Under the pieces are notes generated by a model that saw nothing but the letters and a program-made list of their open reading frames with translations, did not search any database and was not told the origin of the DNA. Positions 26,570 through 37,371 of a stretch of DNA of 64,000 nt are shown in pieces (positions within the stretch are counted from its first letter, which is position 1; every line of letters begins with the position of its first letter). The DNA is taken from contig JACABE010000017.1 of the NCBI GenBank assembly GCA_013377005.1, forward strand, positions 9,096 through 73,095, in the 5' to 3' direction. This DNA is from Bacteroidota bacterium (GTDB lineage: Bacteria; Bacteroidota; Bacteroidia; Bacteroidales; JACABE01). A program made the position numbers and the translations under genes.

Positions 26570-27742
26570 TTAATAAGTATGTGTTTCTGCTTTTATTTCT
26601 TCAATATCAATCTTTTTATTATCAATTGAACGCCAGGCATACCAAATATAAGCAATTACAAAAGGAACTAATAAAGAAACATAACTCATTACAGTTAATG
26701 TGTATTTACTTGAAGAACTGTTTTCTATGGTTAAAGAACTTTGTAAATCAAAAGTTGATGGATAATATGCTGTATTGTTAAAACCAGCCAAAAGAAAAAG
26801 AGAAAAAACCGTTAGTATTGTTCCGATTCCTGTTAGCCAAATTCCTTTATCGCTGCATTTTACAAAACAAGTAATGGGTCTGATAATCCCGACTAAAACC
26901 ATTGCAACTCCTAATATAAATAGGATTGCTACTATTGGCATTGCAAGTAAATTATGTAAATATTTGTAAGGTTCAACAAATACTTCTTTGGTTATCGGAT
27001 TTACTGCAAATCCTTTTGAAAATAAAAGCCAAATTGTAAAAATCAAAAAGAAAATCACAAATGGAATTGCATTATAAACTAATTGTTTTTTAACACGTTC
27101 CATTATTTCTGCATTTCTAATTCTGTTCATAAAATATAACAATGCCAATACACGGGATAAAAAGAAAACAGTCAAGCCCAATGTTAGATTATGCAAATTA
27201 AGAGCAGCTTCCAATCCGTAAGCAAGTCCTTTCCATTCTGAAATAACAGGCATTTTATCGCCAATTATTCTTGTTAGATTCATTTTATCAACAGAAAATG
27301 ATGAACCAGTAAAAAAAGTAGCAACTGCAGTTCCAATTAAAACTGTACCCAATAATCCGTTAATAAATAAAAGTGTTTCATACGTTCGTTGTCCGAAAAA
27401 ATTATTTTGTTTCCTTCGGTATTCATAGGAAACAGCCTGAACCACAAATGCTATTAAAATCAGCATCCAAACCCAATATGCTCCCCCAAAACTTGTGGAA
27501 TAAAAAAGGGGAAAAGAGGCAAAAAAAGCACCACCAAAAGTAACCAGCGTGGTAAAAGTAAATTCCCACTTACGCCCCAAAAGGTTAACTAAAATTGAAC
27601 GTTCGTCTTCAGTTTTGCCAAGTGTATAAATTAAGGTTTGCCCACCTTGTACAAACATCAAAAAAACGAGTATTGCACCCAACAGCGAAACAATAATCCA
27701 CCAATATTGCTGCAATGAAATATATGATAATGTTTCAAACAT
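26570..27742 (-). CDS. cydB: cytochrome bd ubiquinol oxidase subunit II
   Basis: 390 aa polytopic protein immediately downstream of cydA, with a typical CydB N-terminus (LQQYWWIIVSLLGAILVFLMFVQGGQ). Confidence 0.9.
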   Translation of the reverse strand: MFETLSYISLQQYWWIIVSLLGAILVFLMFVQGGQTLIYTLGKTEDERSILVNLLGRKWEFTFTTLVTFGGAFFASFPLFYSTSFGGAYWVWMLILIAFVVQAVSYEYRRKQNNFFGQRTYETLLFINGLLGTVLIGTAVATFFTGSSFSVDKMNLTRIIGDKMPVISEWKGLAYGLEAALNLHNLTLGLTVFFLSRVLALLYFMNRIRNAEIMERVKKQLVYNAIPFVIFFLIFTIWLLFSKGFAVNPITKEVFVEPYKYLHNLLAMPIVAILFILGVAMVLVGIIRPITCFVKCSDKGIWLTGIGTILTVFSLFLLAGFNNTAYYPSTFDLQSSLTIENSSSSKYTLTVMSYVSLLVPFVIAYIWYAWRSIDNKKIDIEEIKAETHTY

Positions 27743-27748
27743 AATTTT

Positions 27749-29335
27749 TTAATTTTTAATTTTGTTATTAATTTGATTTTGTGAGCGTTCAGGAATCTCC
27801 TCAACCGGTCCTTTTTTAATCTGAGAAACCATAATTTTAATTTCTGCAATTAATAGTCCGGTAAATATTACAAAGAATAGCCAAAAAGTAATTTGAACAG
27901 AAGTAGGCTTTATTTGTGAGACAGCAGCAATTGTTGGCAAAATATCCTGAATTACCCAAGGTTGTCTGCCCACTTCGGCAACTATCCATCCCAATTCTGA
28001 AGCTATATAAGCCAATGGAATTGTCCAAAGTGCAGTATAAAGAATAATTCTTTTTTTGTCAACTTTATCTTTCATTATTAAAATTAAAATAACCAAAAAC
28101 AAAGCAATGAAATGGAATCCTAAACCAACCATTATCCTGAATGAATAAAAAGTAGATGGAACCGATGGAATTAATTCATTTACATCACGATTAGCATAAT
28201 AGCCATATCCAAAATGAGAATAATTTTCTTTAAATTTAATAAGTGCAGCATTTGCAACACTGTCGTTACCTGATTTCTTTGCTTTTGTATATTCCGCTAA
28301 TGAATTGATTGCTATTTCTCCTTTTTTGCTCCGTTCCTTGTAGGACAAAATATTATGCTCAGCATTTCCTTTAACTAAATCATGAATACCAGGCACATAT
28401 GCATTTGGATTTAGAAATGCCATGTAAGATAGCATATTGGGTATTTCAATTTTAAAAACAAAATCTTGTTTATTTGGAGAACTTTCAACATTATTTTTCT
28501 GTAAAAACCCAAAGACTGCCAATGGTGCATTTTGCTTTCCATCATACAAATTTTCCATTGCAGCAAATTTCATGGGTTGATATTTTGCCATATTTCGGGC
28601 AGAACCATCTCCAGTTACAATAGTGAGAAATGATGCAATCAATCCAAAGATAGCTGCTAATTTCATGCTTTTCTTAGCAAATATATGCTCTTTATTTTTT
28701 ATTAAAAACCAAGCACTTACGCCTATTACAAAAACTGAGGATAAAACATAAGCAGATAAAACAGTATGATGAAATTTATTGATTGCTACAGGTGAAAATA
28801 AGACTTGCCAAAAATTGATCATTTCGTTGCGAGCAGTATCGGGGTTAAATTTCATCCCAGCAGGATTTTGCATCCAGGCATTTGCAACTAAAATCCATAA
28901 TGCAGAAAGATTTGAACCAATTGCAACCAACCAGGTTGAAGCTAAATGAAATTTTTTACTTACTTTATTCCAACCAAAAAACATAATTGCAATAAAGGTG
29001 CTTTCCATAAAAAAAGCCATAATACCTTCAATAGCGAGTGGCGCGCCAAAAATATCACCTACAAACCAGGAATAATTTGACCAATTTGTTCCGAATTCAA
29101 ATTCCATAATAATTCCGGTTGCTACTCCAATTGCAAAATTAATCCCGAAAAGAGTCATCCAGAATTTAGTAATTCGTTTCCATTCAGGGTTTCCTGTTCG
29201 CACATATAGGGTTTCCATAAATGCAACAATAAATGAAAGCCCTAATGTTAAAGGCACAAACAACCAATGATACATTGCTGTAAGTGCAAATTGAGCTCTC
29301 GACCAATCTAAAAGAGAATAATCAACATGTTCCAT
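27749..29335 (-). CDS. cydA: cytochrome bd ubiquinol oxidase subunit I
   Basis: 528 aa. Conserved WSRAQFALTAMYHWLFVPLT start, a Q-loop region and the GWIVAEVGRQPWVIQ motif. Confidence 0.95.
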   Translation of the reverse strand: MEHVDYSLLDWSRAQFALTAMYHWLFVPLTLGLSFIVAFMETLYVRTGNPEWKRITKFWMTLFGINFAIGVATGIIMEFEFGTNWSNYSWFVGDIFGAPLAIEGIMAFFMESTFIAIMFFGWNKVSKKFHLASTWLVAIGSNLSALWILVANAWMQNPAGMKFNPDTARNEMINFWQVLFSPVAINKFHHTVLSAYVLSSVFVIGVSAWFLIKNKEHIFAKKSMKLAAIFGLIASFLTIVTGDGSARNMAKYQPMKFAAMENLYDGKQNAPLAVFGFLQKNNVESSPNKQDFVFKIEIPNMLSYMAFLNPNAYVPGIHDLVKGNAEHNILSYKERSKKGEIAINSLAEYTKAKKSGNDSVANAALIKFKENYSHFGYGYYANRDVNELIPSVPSTFYSFRIMVGLGFHFIALFLVILILIMKDKVDKKRIILYTALWTIPLAYIASELGWIVAEVGRQPWVIQDILPTIAAVSQIKPTSVQITFWLFFVIFTGLLIAEIKIMVSQIKKGPVEEIPERSQNQINNKIKN

Positions 29336-29338
29336 ACA

Positions 29339-29551
29339 TTATTTTTTTGTTAATTGTTTAATTATATAATTACTACGTTCTTTATCTGTCTTAAATTTTG
29401 ATTTCATAATATCAGGAAAGAAGAAAATTTTTAGCACAAAAAATATTAAAATCAATTTAATAAAAATAATTATCCATAATTTCCTTCCAACTACCATACT
29501 TTTAAATCCCTCATAGTAGAAATGAAATAAATTTACAAATAATTTCTTCAC
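29339..29551 (-). CDS. DUF4492-like small membrane protein preceding cydAB
   Basis: 70 aa with one TM helix (KLWIIIFIKLILIFFVLKIFFFP). The position immediately upstream of cydA is the usual Bacteroidota arrangement. Confidence 0.65.
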   Translation of the reverse strand: MKKLFVNLFHFYYEGFKSMVVGRKLWIIIFIKLILIFFVLKIFFFPDIMKSKFKTDKERSNYIIKQLTKK

Positions 29552-30099
29552 CTTTAAATGTGTTTTGTTTATATTTGGAAAATATGAGATTTTATCATTT
29601 AATAAACAATTGAAATTTTTTATTGTTCAATTAGAATCCTTGTTATATCAAAGTTATCGAGGAAAAGCTTAACTGAAAAATCTTATTATAAACAAATCTA
29701 ATGATTTTATTTTTTATTGTATTCATTGAACGAATTAAAGAAGAGAACTTACTTCATGTCTTATCATCAATTGTCATTTTTTGCAAATGAAAAACATAAT
29801 AACAAATTGATTTTCAAAACTATAGAAGATATGTGGTATAAACAAATCCCAAAAAAAATTGATTAAATGCGGACCTAAGATTTTTTAAGAAAAATATCGT
29901 TTTAAAGTAAGAGAAGGTTTTGCTTTTGAAAAACTAAATATTCCAAAACGTATTTTTGAACTTATGGCTCCAGCTGTCTTGATAGATATTTTTTTTAATC
30001 AAGCAATTAATTGACTCTATTTAAGATAATATCAGTTTTAATTAAAGATTATTTATCGGGAATTTTTTGAAAGAAATCTGTTTTAATACTTATTTTGTT

Positions 30100-30107
30100 T
30101 ATATTTG
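30100..30107 (+). promoter_or_regulatory. Bacteroidota -7 promoter box (TAnnTTTG) for the mltF-like gene
   Basis: TATATTTG lies 18 nt upstream of the ATG at 30126. Confidence 0.35.
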
Positions 30108-30125
30108 TACTTTCAAAGTCTTTTT

Positions 30126-31541
30126 ATGACCTATAAACCTGTAAACAAAACAATTATATTTCTTTTAGCATTGCTATTCATGCTAGCTTCTTGTAAAAGC
30201 GACAGAAAAGAAATAAAAGAACAGGATTTATTGGCAACTATCAAACAAAGAGGTAAGTTAATTGTAGCGTGTAATTATAATTCTATTGATTATTTTATTT
30301 ATAAAGGTTTACCAATGGGTTTTCAACTTGAAATGCTGAAAGCTTTTTCAAAACATTTGGGGGTAAAATTAGAATTTTTAATTACCAATAATCTAGCTTC
30401 TACTGCTGGTTTATTAGCAATTGGTAAGTGCGATTTAATCGCATTTAATATTACTGTTACAAAACAACGAAGTCAAATAGTTGACTTTTCAATTCCTATA
30501 ATGCAAACCCGACAAGTATTGGTACAACGCATTCCTTGTAAAACAACAGAAAGCTCTATCAAGAATATAAAATTAATCAGATATTTAGCTGATTTACATG
30601 ACAAAACTATATATATACAAAAAAACAGCGTACATTATAATCAATTGATGGACATTCAACGCATCATAAATGGAAAAATCCACATAATTGAGAGTGATTC
30701 ATTGGAAACAGAACAATTGATGGAGTTAGTAGCTAATGGAAGTATTGATTACACTGTTGCCAATGAAAACTTTGCACTAGTTAATAAAACTTATTACAAT
30801 AATTTAGATGTAAAAACGCCAATAAGTCATGTACAAAACCTAGCTTGGGCTGTTCGGCACCAATCAGATAGCTTCTTATTACTCCTCAATACATGGTTGA
30901 GGAAATTTAAAACTACCTCTCAATATCAAATGATTTACGATAAGTATTATCGAAATCCACGTTCTGCAAATATGGTACATCATGAGTTTTATGCCATCAA
31001 AAAAGGTAAAATATCTAAATATGATAAAGAGATAAAAAAATACAGCAAGATGATTGGTTGGGATTGGCGATTATTGGCATCACTTATTTATCAGGAATCA
31101 AATTTTCGCCCCGAAATGGTAGGATGGTCGGGTGCTTTTGGTATAATGCAAATGATGCCCGAAACAGCCAAAAGATTTGGAGTTACACAAAAATCATCTG
31201 TTGCTGAACAAATCAAAGGCGGAGCAAGATTGAAAATGTTATTAGATAAATTATTACCAAAAGAAATTACCGATCCTGAAGAAAGAACAAAATTTATCTT
31301 AGCTTCATACAATGCCGGTTTGGAACATATAATGGATGCCCGCAATTTAGCTAAAAAATACGGGAAAAACCCTAACCTTTGGACCGATCATGTGGAATAT
31401 TTCCTGAAACTTAAATCTAAACCAAAGTTTTACAATGATCCTGTAGTTAAACATGGATATTCAAGAGGGTATGAAACCTTTTGTTTTGTAAATGAAGTGT
31501 TGGAAAGGTACAAGCATTATAAAAATATCGTAAGAAAATAG
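30126..31541 (+). CDS. membrane-bound lytic murein transglycosylase F-like (SBP_bac_3 plus SLT domains)
   Basis: Lipoprotein-like signal (LLALLFMLASC), a periplasmic-binding-protein domain, then SLT catalytic YQESNFRP...GIMQMMPETA. The track ORF begins at a TTG (30105); the ATG at 30126 is preferred. Confidence 0.8.
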   Translation: MTYKPVNKTIIFLLALLFMLASCKSDRKEIKEQDLLATIKQRGKLIVACNYNSIDYFIYKGLPMGFQLEMLKAFSKHLGVKLEFLITNNLASTAGLLAIGKCDLIAFNITVTKQRSQIVDFSIPIMQTRQVLVQRIPCKTTESSIKNIKLIRYLADLHDKTIYIQKNSVHYNQLMDIQRIINGKIHIIESDSLETEQLMELVANGSIDYTVANENFALVNKTYYNNLDVKTPISHVQNLAWAVRHQSDSFLLLLNTWLRKFKTTSQYQMIYDKYYRNPRSANMVHHEFYAIKKGKISKYDKEIKKYSKMIGWDWRLLASLIYQESNFRPEMVGWSGAFGIMQMMPETAKRFGVTQKSSVAEQIKGGARLKMLLDKLLPKEITDPEERTKFILASYNAGLEHIMDARNLAKKYGKNPNLWTDHVEYFLKLKSKPKFYNDPVVKHGYSRGYETFCFVNEVLERYKHYKNIVRK

Positions 31542-31626
31542 GATGTTATTATCAATTCTGCCTGATGTTCTTACTTACCTTTAAAAAATCTTTTCAGCAA
31601 AATATTTATAAATTAAATTATTAGTA

Positions 31627-32664
31627 ATGAATGTAAAAGGAAAGCATTATCTTACAATTTGGATGAAAAACGAGAAAGTAATGATGATTGATCAAAATCA
31701 ATTGCCTTTTCGTTTTGAAATATTTGAGTCGAAAAACTATGCTGAAACTTGTTTGGCGATTAAAACTATGATTGTAAGAGGTGCCGGTGCTATTGGAGCT
31801 GCAGCAGGGTTTGCAATGGCTCAGGCTTTTATTCAAGCAAAAGAAAATATACTCTTTGCCGAAAATGCAAGAAAAGAAATAGAAACAAGCCGACCTACTG
31901 CCCGCAACCTATTTTATGCAACAAAACGGGTTTTTGACGCTGGTTGTATTTCAACAGAAAAAGCCATTGAAGAAGCTCAAAAAATTGCAGAAGAAGATAT
32001 CGCCTCAGGAAAAATGATAGGTATCCACGGAAATTCACTCATAAAAGACAATACAAACATTTTGACGCATTGTAATGCCGGATGGTTAGGGTTTGTGGAT
32101 TATGGAAGTGCATTATCTCCTATTTATACAGCCAGTAAAGAAGGGAAAAACATATTTGTATATGCTGACGAAACCCGACCCAGAGGTCAGGGCGCTCGAT
32201 TAACTGCATGGGAACTAAACAACGAAAACATTCCTCATATAATTATCCCTGATAATGCAGGCGCTTATTTAGCTTCGAAAGGGAAAATTGATACGATGAT
32301 TTGCGGAGCCGACAGAATTGCAGCCAATGGAGATACTGCGAATAAAATAGGGACTTTTGAGAAAGCGATTGTAGCTAAAACTTTTGGTATTCCTTTTTAT
32401 ATTGCAGCACCACTTTCTACGTTTGACATCAACTGTTGTTCGGGTGAAGACATTATAATAGAAGAACGAACAGAAGATGAAATATTATATCAAACAGGTT
32501 TAGATGAAAACAATGAATTAAGAAAAATTTTGGTATGTTCACCGGGGAGTAAAGCCTATAATCCTGCATTTGATGTAACACCGGCTTCATATATCAACGG
32601 TTTCATTACCGAAAAAGGAATTATTCCTGCCAATGAAACTGCCATTAAAAATATTTTATCATGA
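31627..32664 (+). CDS. mtnA: S-methyl-5-thioribose-1-phosphate isomerase family (eIF-2B alpha/beta/delta-like)
   Basis: DQNQLPF, IKTMIVRGAGAIGAAA, ETRPRGQGARLTAWEL and GADRIAANGDTANKIGT motifs. Confidence 0.85.
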   Translation: MNVKGKHYLTIWMKNEKVMMIDQNQLPFRFEIFESKNYAETCLAIKTMIVRGAGAIGAAAGFAMAQAFIQAKENILFAENARKEIETSRPTARNLFYATKRVFDAGCISTEKAIEEAQKIAEEDIASGKMIGIHGNSLIKDNTNILTHCNAGWLGFVDYGSALSPIYTASKEGKNIFVYADETRPRGQGARLTAWELNNENIPHIIIPDNAGAYLASKGKIDTMICGADRIAANGDTANKIGTFEKAIVAKTFGIPFYIAAPLSTFDINCCSGEDIIIEERTEDEILYQTGLDENNELRKILVCSPGSKAYNPAFDVTPASYINGFITEKGIIPANETAIKNILS

Positions 32665-33284
32665 ATTTTGAAAAAGAAAAGCAAGAAACTGCACTTTTTA
32701 TGCGTCGTTTGTACGAAAGAGGTTTAACAACTTGCTCTGGAGGAAATGTAAGTCAAAGAATTGGTGATATCATTCTTATTACACCATCGCAAACAGACAA
32801 AGCATATATTCAGGCAGAACAAATAGCTGAGATTCGTATCACAGGAGAAAATCTTACACCTCATCTAACATCAAGTATGGAAACTGCCATGCATTTGGCA
32901 ATATATCAGTGTAGAAATGATGTAAATGCTATTGTTCATGCTCATCCTGTTACAGCAACAGCCTTTGCAACAACCAATACAGAAATTAATTGCAAACTTA
33001 CAGGCGAAACACGTGCTATTATTGGGGTGCCTATCAATGCTTCATATGCATTAATGGGTACAGATGCGCTTGCCGAAAGAGTGGCAGAAGCTGCTAAAAA
33101 AGCAAATGTAGTGTTGATGGAAAATCATGGAATTATTACCTTTGGCAAAAATTTATTGTTTGCTTTCGACAGGATGGAAGTATTAGAAGCCGCTGCCAAA
33201 CAAACATTAATAACACATTTGCTGGGAAATAAAAAAGAAATCCCTTTAAATGACTTAAATGAAATAGACAAATTATTCTCATAA
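32661..33284 (+). CDS. class II aldolase/adducin-family protein (MtnB or DHAP-shunt aldolase type)
   Basis: 207 aa. GGNVS, SMETAMHLAIY and the AIVHAHP zinc-His motif. Its start overlaps the mtnA stop by 4 nt. Confidence 0.8.
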   Translation: MNFEKEKQETALFMRRLYERGLTTCSGGNVSQRIGDIILITPSQTDKAYIQAEQIAEIRITGENLTPHLTSSMETAMHLAIYQCRNDVNAIVHAHPVTATAFATTNTEINCKLTGETRAIIGVPINASYALMGTDALAERVAEAAKKANVVLMENHGIITFGKNLLFAFDRMEVLEAAAKQTLITHLLGNKKEIPLNDLNEIDKLFS

Positions 33285-33389
33285 TAGTATTTATATGAAA
33301 TAGTCATCAGGATAATCTTCATACAAATAGGGAAGGATATTGTAGGGCGTATTTTGTTTGACAATGAAACATTAATAAAATAATAACGA

Positions 33390-34643
33390 ATGAAAATAGC
33401 AGTAATAGGATTTGGGGCAGCCGCCATAGGTTTTATAGAAAGAATTAAAAACGAAGGACACGAGATTGTTGTGTTTGAAAGAAGCAAAGATATTTATTCT
33501 TCAAGTATTTCGGGCATACGAGCTGATGGAAAACTTTTTGTTTCTTCTGAGATGGGTGGAGATATCCACATTGACCTTGCATTACAAAAGAAGTTAGTTG
33601 ATTTTTATATTGACAATACCGAAGACCATCAAGTAGAAACAGGACAGTCTTTTACTAATAGCAGTTATTTTAAAAAGTTCTATGAAAAAGGCTTTATGCC
33701 TATTTCAGCTGATTTTTACCATCTTGGTACCGATCAACTAAAAATGGTATTGTACAATATTTACGAAAATTTTAAAGCTTTCAAAAATATAAGCTTTAGG
33801 TTTGAACAAAATGTTTTGTCTGTAAAAACGGTTGGTAAAGAAGTTTTTATCGGAGATAGCGATGAGGCTTTTGATAGAGTGGTAATTGCTGTTGGAAGAA
33901 GCGGTCACAAATTAGTTGGTTCTATCATTAAAGATTATCCCGATTTAATTTTAGATAATACAAAGGTAGATTTGGGAATTCGCTATGAAGTACCCAATCA
34001 TATCGTTGATGAACTGAACAAAGAAATGTATGAGTTTAAAGTAAAGTACAAAAGCAAAACGGGATACATGGTTCGTACGTTCTGCAATAATCCTTCAGGG
34101 TTTGTAGTAACCGAAACCTACGACGACTTTGTTACCGTGAATGGTCACGCTAAGATGAAGGAAAAAAGTCAGAATACCAATTTTGCCATTTTAGTTACCA
34201 TACAGCTCACAGAACCTTTTAACAACCCTATTGGTTATGGTTCGCATATTGCTAAATTATCAAATTTGCTTGCAGGAAAAGGGAAAGTTATACTTCAAAC
34301 TTACGATCATTTTAAAAACTCAAAAAGAACCAAAAATCTATATCGCATACAACCTACTTTGCATGAATGTAAATACATTTTAGGCGATATTAATCTTGCA
34401 TTTCCAAGAAGAATTATCGAAAGTATCGTTGACTTTATCGAAACCCTTGACCAGGTTATTCCGGGTATTGCTTATCCTGACAACTTGGTATATGCGCCCG
34501 AAATAAAATTCTATTCTAATTTATTAGACAATACAAAATTGGAAAATTTAAAATTTATTGGTGATTGTTCCGGACATACTCGTTCAATTATTTATGCAAC
34601 AGCTCACGGCTATTTAATGGCAGAATCATTTTTAGAAAAATAA
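33390..34643 (+). CDS. FAD/NAD(P)-binding oxidoreductase-like protein
   Basis: N-terminal MKIAVIGFGAAAIGF dinucleotide-binding motif and a C-terminal GDCSGHTRSI segment. Specific family not resolved. Confidence 0.55.
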   Translation: MKIAVIGFGAAAIGFIERIKNEGHEIVVFERSKDIYSSSISGIRADGKLFVSSEMGGDIHIDLALQKKLVDFYIDNTEDHQVETGQSFTNSSYFKKFYEKGFMPISADFYHLGTDQLKMVLYNIYENFKAFKNISFRFEQNVLSVKTVGKEVFIGDSDEAFDRVVIAVGRSGHKLVGSIIKDYPDLILDNTKVDLGIRYEVPNHIVDELNKEMYEFKVKYKSKTGYMVRTFCNNPSGFVVTETYDDFVTVNGHAKMKEKSQNTNFAILVTIQLTEPFNNPIGYGSHIAKLSNLLAGKGKVILQTYDHFKNSKRTKNLYRIQPTLHECKYILGDINLAFPRRIIESIVDFIETLDQVIPGIAYPDNLVYAPEIKFYSNLLDNTKLENLKFIGDCSGHTRSIIYATAHGYLMAESFLEK

Positions 34644-34646
34644 TAA

Positions 34647-36041
34647 ATGTTACAACAATTCCATCTTTTAAAAAATTCAATATTTATAGCTTTTCTGATC
34701 TTATTAATTTCTTGTTCGCCCAAAATTATTGATAAAACGCAAGAAAATATAAGCTCTCAGATTACTGATTCTATTGGGAAACCTCGAGTCGATTCATTAA
34801 TTACAGGAGTTAAAATACTTGAAACAAAAATAGCAATCCCTCAGATATCGGATACTGTATGGAACGAGAATTTACAAACGGTGTTAATTCACAAAACTGG
34901 TTGGGAAATGTCGTTGCCTATCATCGGTTTAAATACCAACGAAACGATTAGTTTTTCTTTCGATGATTTAGAAGGAGATATTAAAAGATACAAATACACT
35001 ATTTTGCAATGTGATGCCAATTGGCAAATTTCTCTATTGCAACCATCAAATTATGTGGAAGGTTTTACTGAAGACTATATTGAAGATTACAAAATATCAA
35101 TCAATACCATACAGAAATACACCCATTATAACTTAGTTTTCCCAAAGGAAACAATGAAAATTACAAAATCAGGCAATTATATATTGAAAGTCTATACAAA
35201 TGATGCAAATGAGCCTTTGATTATCAAACGTTTTATGATGTTGGAACAAGTAGTAAATATTAATGGAAAAATAAAAGATGCCACTTTGTTAAACGATAAA
35301 AGATTTAAACAAGAAGTTGATTTTAGCATTACTGCAAATAACTATATCATAAACAATCCTTCAAGAAATTTATCAGTAAAGATTTACCAGAATATGCGTC
35401 CCGATAATGCTATTTTCAACCTCAAACCCCATTTGGTAATAGGCAATGTATTGGATTATGATTATGACGAAGGCAATACTTTTAACGGAGGCAATGAATT
35501 TAGAAATTTTGATATCAAGAGCCTGAAATATAATTCCGAAAGAATTTACCGTATAGAATTCGAAGAGGGTGCAAATCATGTTTATTTACACAACGATCTT
35601 GCGCGTCGGTTTAAAGTGTATAAATCAGAAGAAGATATCAACGGCAAAAGAGCTATTAAAGCCGATTATATCAGAGATAGCGAAACAGAGGCCGATTATA
35701 CTTATGTGCATTTTACTTTGCCTTATGATGTTCCAACGGTGGAGGGTATTCCATACATTTATGGCGCTTTAACCAATTGGGAAATAAATGATAATACAAA
35801 AATGACTTACAATTACAAAAGAAGAGCTTATGAAGCCACTGTTTATGTAAAACAAGGTTATTATAATTATCAGTATATATTACTAAAACCTAACAAAGAA
35901 ATAGATGATACTTTTATAGAAGGCAATCATTCGGATGCTGAAAACGATTATTTTATCTTTGTGTATTATCGGCCAATGGGCGAAATGTATGATAAACTGA
36001 TTGGTTTTAGACAATTGAATTCGATAAACGACAGAAACTAA
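34647..36041 (+). CDS. DUF5103-like / type IX secretion plug-like protein (tentative)
   Basis: Lipoprotein signal (LLISCS). The segment ISFSFDDLEGDIKRYKYTILQCDANWQIS...YVEGF...NTIQKYTHY resembles my recollection of DUF5103 family conservation; this could not be verified. Confidence 0.4.
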   Translation: MLQQFHLLKNSIFIAFLILLISCSPKIIDKTQENISSQITDSIGKPRVDSLITGVKILETKIAIPQISDTVWNENLQTVLIHKTGWEMSLPIIGLNTNETISFSFDDLEGDIKRYKYTILQCDANWQISLLQPSNYVEGFTEDYIEDYKISINTIQKYTHYNLVFPKETMKITKSGNYILKVYTNDANEPLIIKRFMMLEQVVNINGKIKDATLLNDKRFKQEVDFSITANNYIINNPSRNLSVKIYQNMRPDNAIFNLKPHLVIGNVLDYDYDEGNTFNGGNEFRNFDIKSLKYNSERIYRIEFEEGANHVYLHNDLARRFKVYKSEEDINGKRAIKADYIRDSETEADYTYVHFTLPYDVPTVEGIPYIYGALTNWEINDNTKMTYNYKRRAYEATVYVKQGYYNYQYILLKPNKEIDDTFIEGNHSDAENDYFIFVYYRPMGEMYDKLIGFRQLNSINDRN

Positions 36042-36626
36042 TATAGCTCTATCTAACAGAAACTGGTAATTTGATAGAGGACTCATTGGAGTATTGTAAT
36101 TATTCAAAAAAATAAGCTTTCGATTATTGGTAATGTGGCAAAAAATGGTATATGTGGTAAACTACCTGCCCAAAATGTGCCAAAAAGTATGGGAAAAACT
36201 ATGTTGTATTTATTGCAAAAGTAAGTTAAATTGCAAAAATAGCATGGAATTGGGTTTCAGAAACCGAACCTAAAACTTATTTATCGATTCCGTTTATTTT
36301 TTTACGACGCTGTCAGATGTAGGAACCCTGACAGGGTTAATTTTTTGTCTCAATCTAAAAATAAAATTTTCCTAACCGCATAACATGTTCTTTTAATAAA
36401 CCACCACACCCCATATTAAGTTCCATACCCCTTTATTTTTATTTTTTTTGCCTTGCATGTTTTTCATTATAAAAAGAATCTCCTTATCATAATAATGTAT
36501 CAAAACATAGTATTATTTAACAAATTTAAACAGTTCTAAGATTAAAATACTTTTATTTTTGTAATAAATGATTCAATATTATCTTATTTAAAAAACACTT
36601 TTATTAATCTTTTAAACTCTAACAAA

Positions 36627-37211
36627 ATGAAATTAAAAAATCTTTTATTAATCGTTTTAACTTCCTCTTTACTATTTAGTAATTTAAGTGCACAAAATTT
36701 TGATTTTAGAAGCACTAAATGGGGAATGGACTCTCTGCAGGTTAGAAAATCTGAAAAAACAAAATTTGTTTATTCAAAAAAGAATACTCTGGTTTATGCA
36801 GGAAAAATTGCTGATATGGAAGCAAAAATTATTTACAATTTTAATTCATCTAATCAATTATTCCGTGCTTTTTATAATATAGCTTTAAGTAATAAAGACA
36901 GTAAAAATCCTACAAATTCAGTTAATGCTTATCTTATGTTTCAGGATTTGTTAACTACGAAATATAGTGAACCCTTTAGTAAAAGAAGTTCTACCATCAA
37001 TGGGAAAGAGCTTAAGCAAGAAGAATGGGCTTCTAATTTAATTTCTGATAACCTTACATTGGAAACTAAATGGAAAAACGAAAATACTGAAATAACACTC
37101 ACTCTTTTTAGTATCAATGATGAATTGTTTATCGAAATAATTTATGCTACCCTTAATAAAAATATAAAAGAAAACGAAAATTATAAACAGCAAATAATTA
37201 AAGAACTATAA
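36627..37211 (+). CDS. hypothetical secreted protein
   Basis: 194 aa ORF with a signal peptide (LLLIVLTSSLLFSNLSAQ), a TAnnTTTG box at 36554-36561 and a terminator downstream. Confidence 0.5.
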   Translation: MKLKNLLLIVLTSSLLFSNLSAQNFDFRSTKWGMDSLQVRKSEKTKFVYSKKNTLVYAGKIADMEAKIIYNFNSSNQLFRAFYNIALSNKDSKNPTNSVNAYLMFQDLLTTKYSEPFSKRSSTINGKELKQEEWASNLISDNLTLETKWKNENTEITLTLFSINDELFIEIIYATLNKNIKENENYKQQIIKEL

Positions 37212-37256
37212 TTCGTTCAAATTGATAACTATCTTTTGGTTTTCAATGAATAGTTT

Positions 37257-37297
37257 AAAAAAAGCTGCTTCATTTTAGTGAGGCAGCTTTTTTATTT
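37257..37297. terminator. bidirectional intrinsic terminator between convergent genes
   Basis: AAAAAAAGCTGCTTC-ATTTTAGT-GAGGCAGCTTTTTTATTT: a 9-bp stem (one G-U pair) flanked by an A-run and a T-run. Confidence 0.65.
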
Positions 37298-37371
37298 CAT
37301 CAATTATCGATTTGCAGTATTAATTAATATAATCGGATATTATAATGAAAGTCTATCTTATAATTATTTCT

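Noticed and set aside
36042-36626. 585-bp gene-free region containing the palindrome AACCCTGACAGGGTT followed by a T-run. It also has a short Cys-rich reading frame (…CQKVWEKLCCIYCKSKLNCKNSMELGFRNRT) that hints at a zinc-ribbon transposase remnant.
   Set aside because: The frame is short and lacks a start, flanking inverted repeats or a DDE region. The resemblance to IS1-type zinc fingers is too weak to call a pseudogene. The palindrome may simply be a weak terminator.
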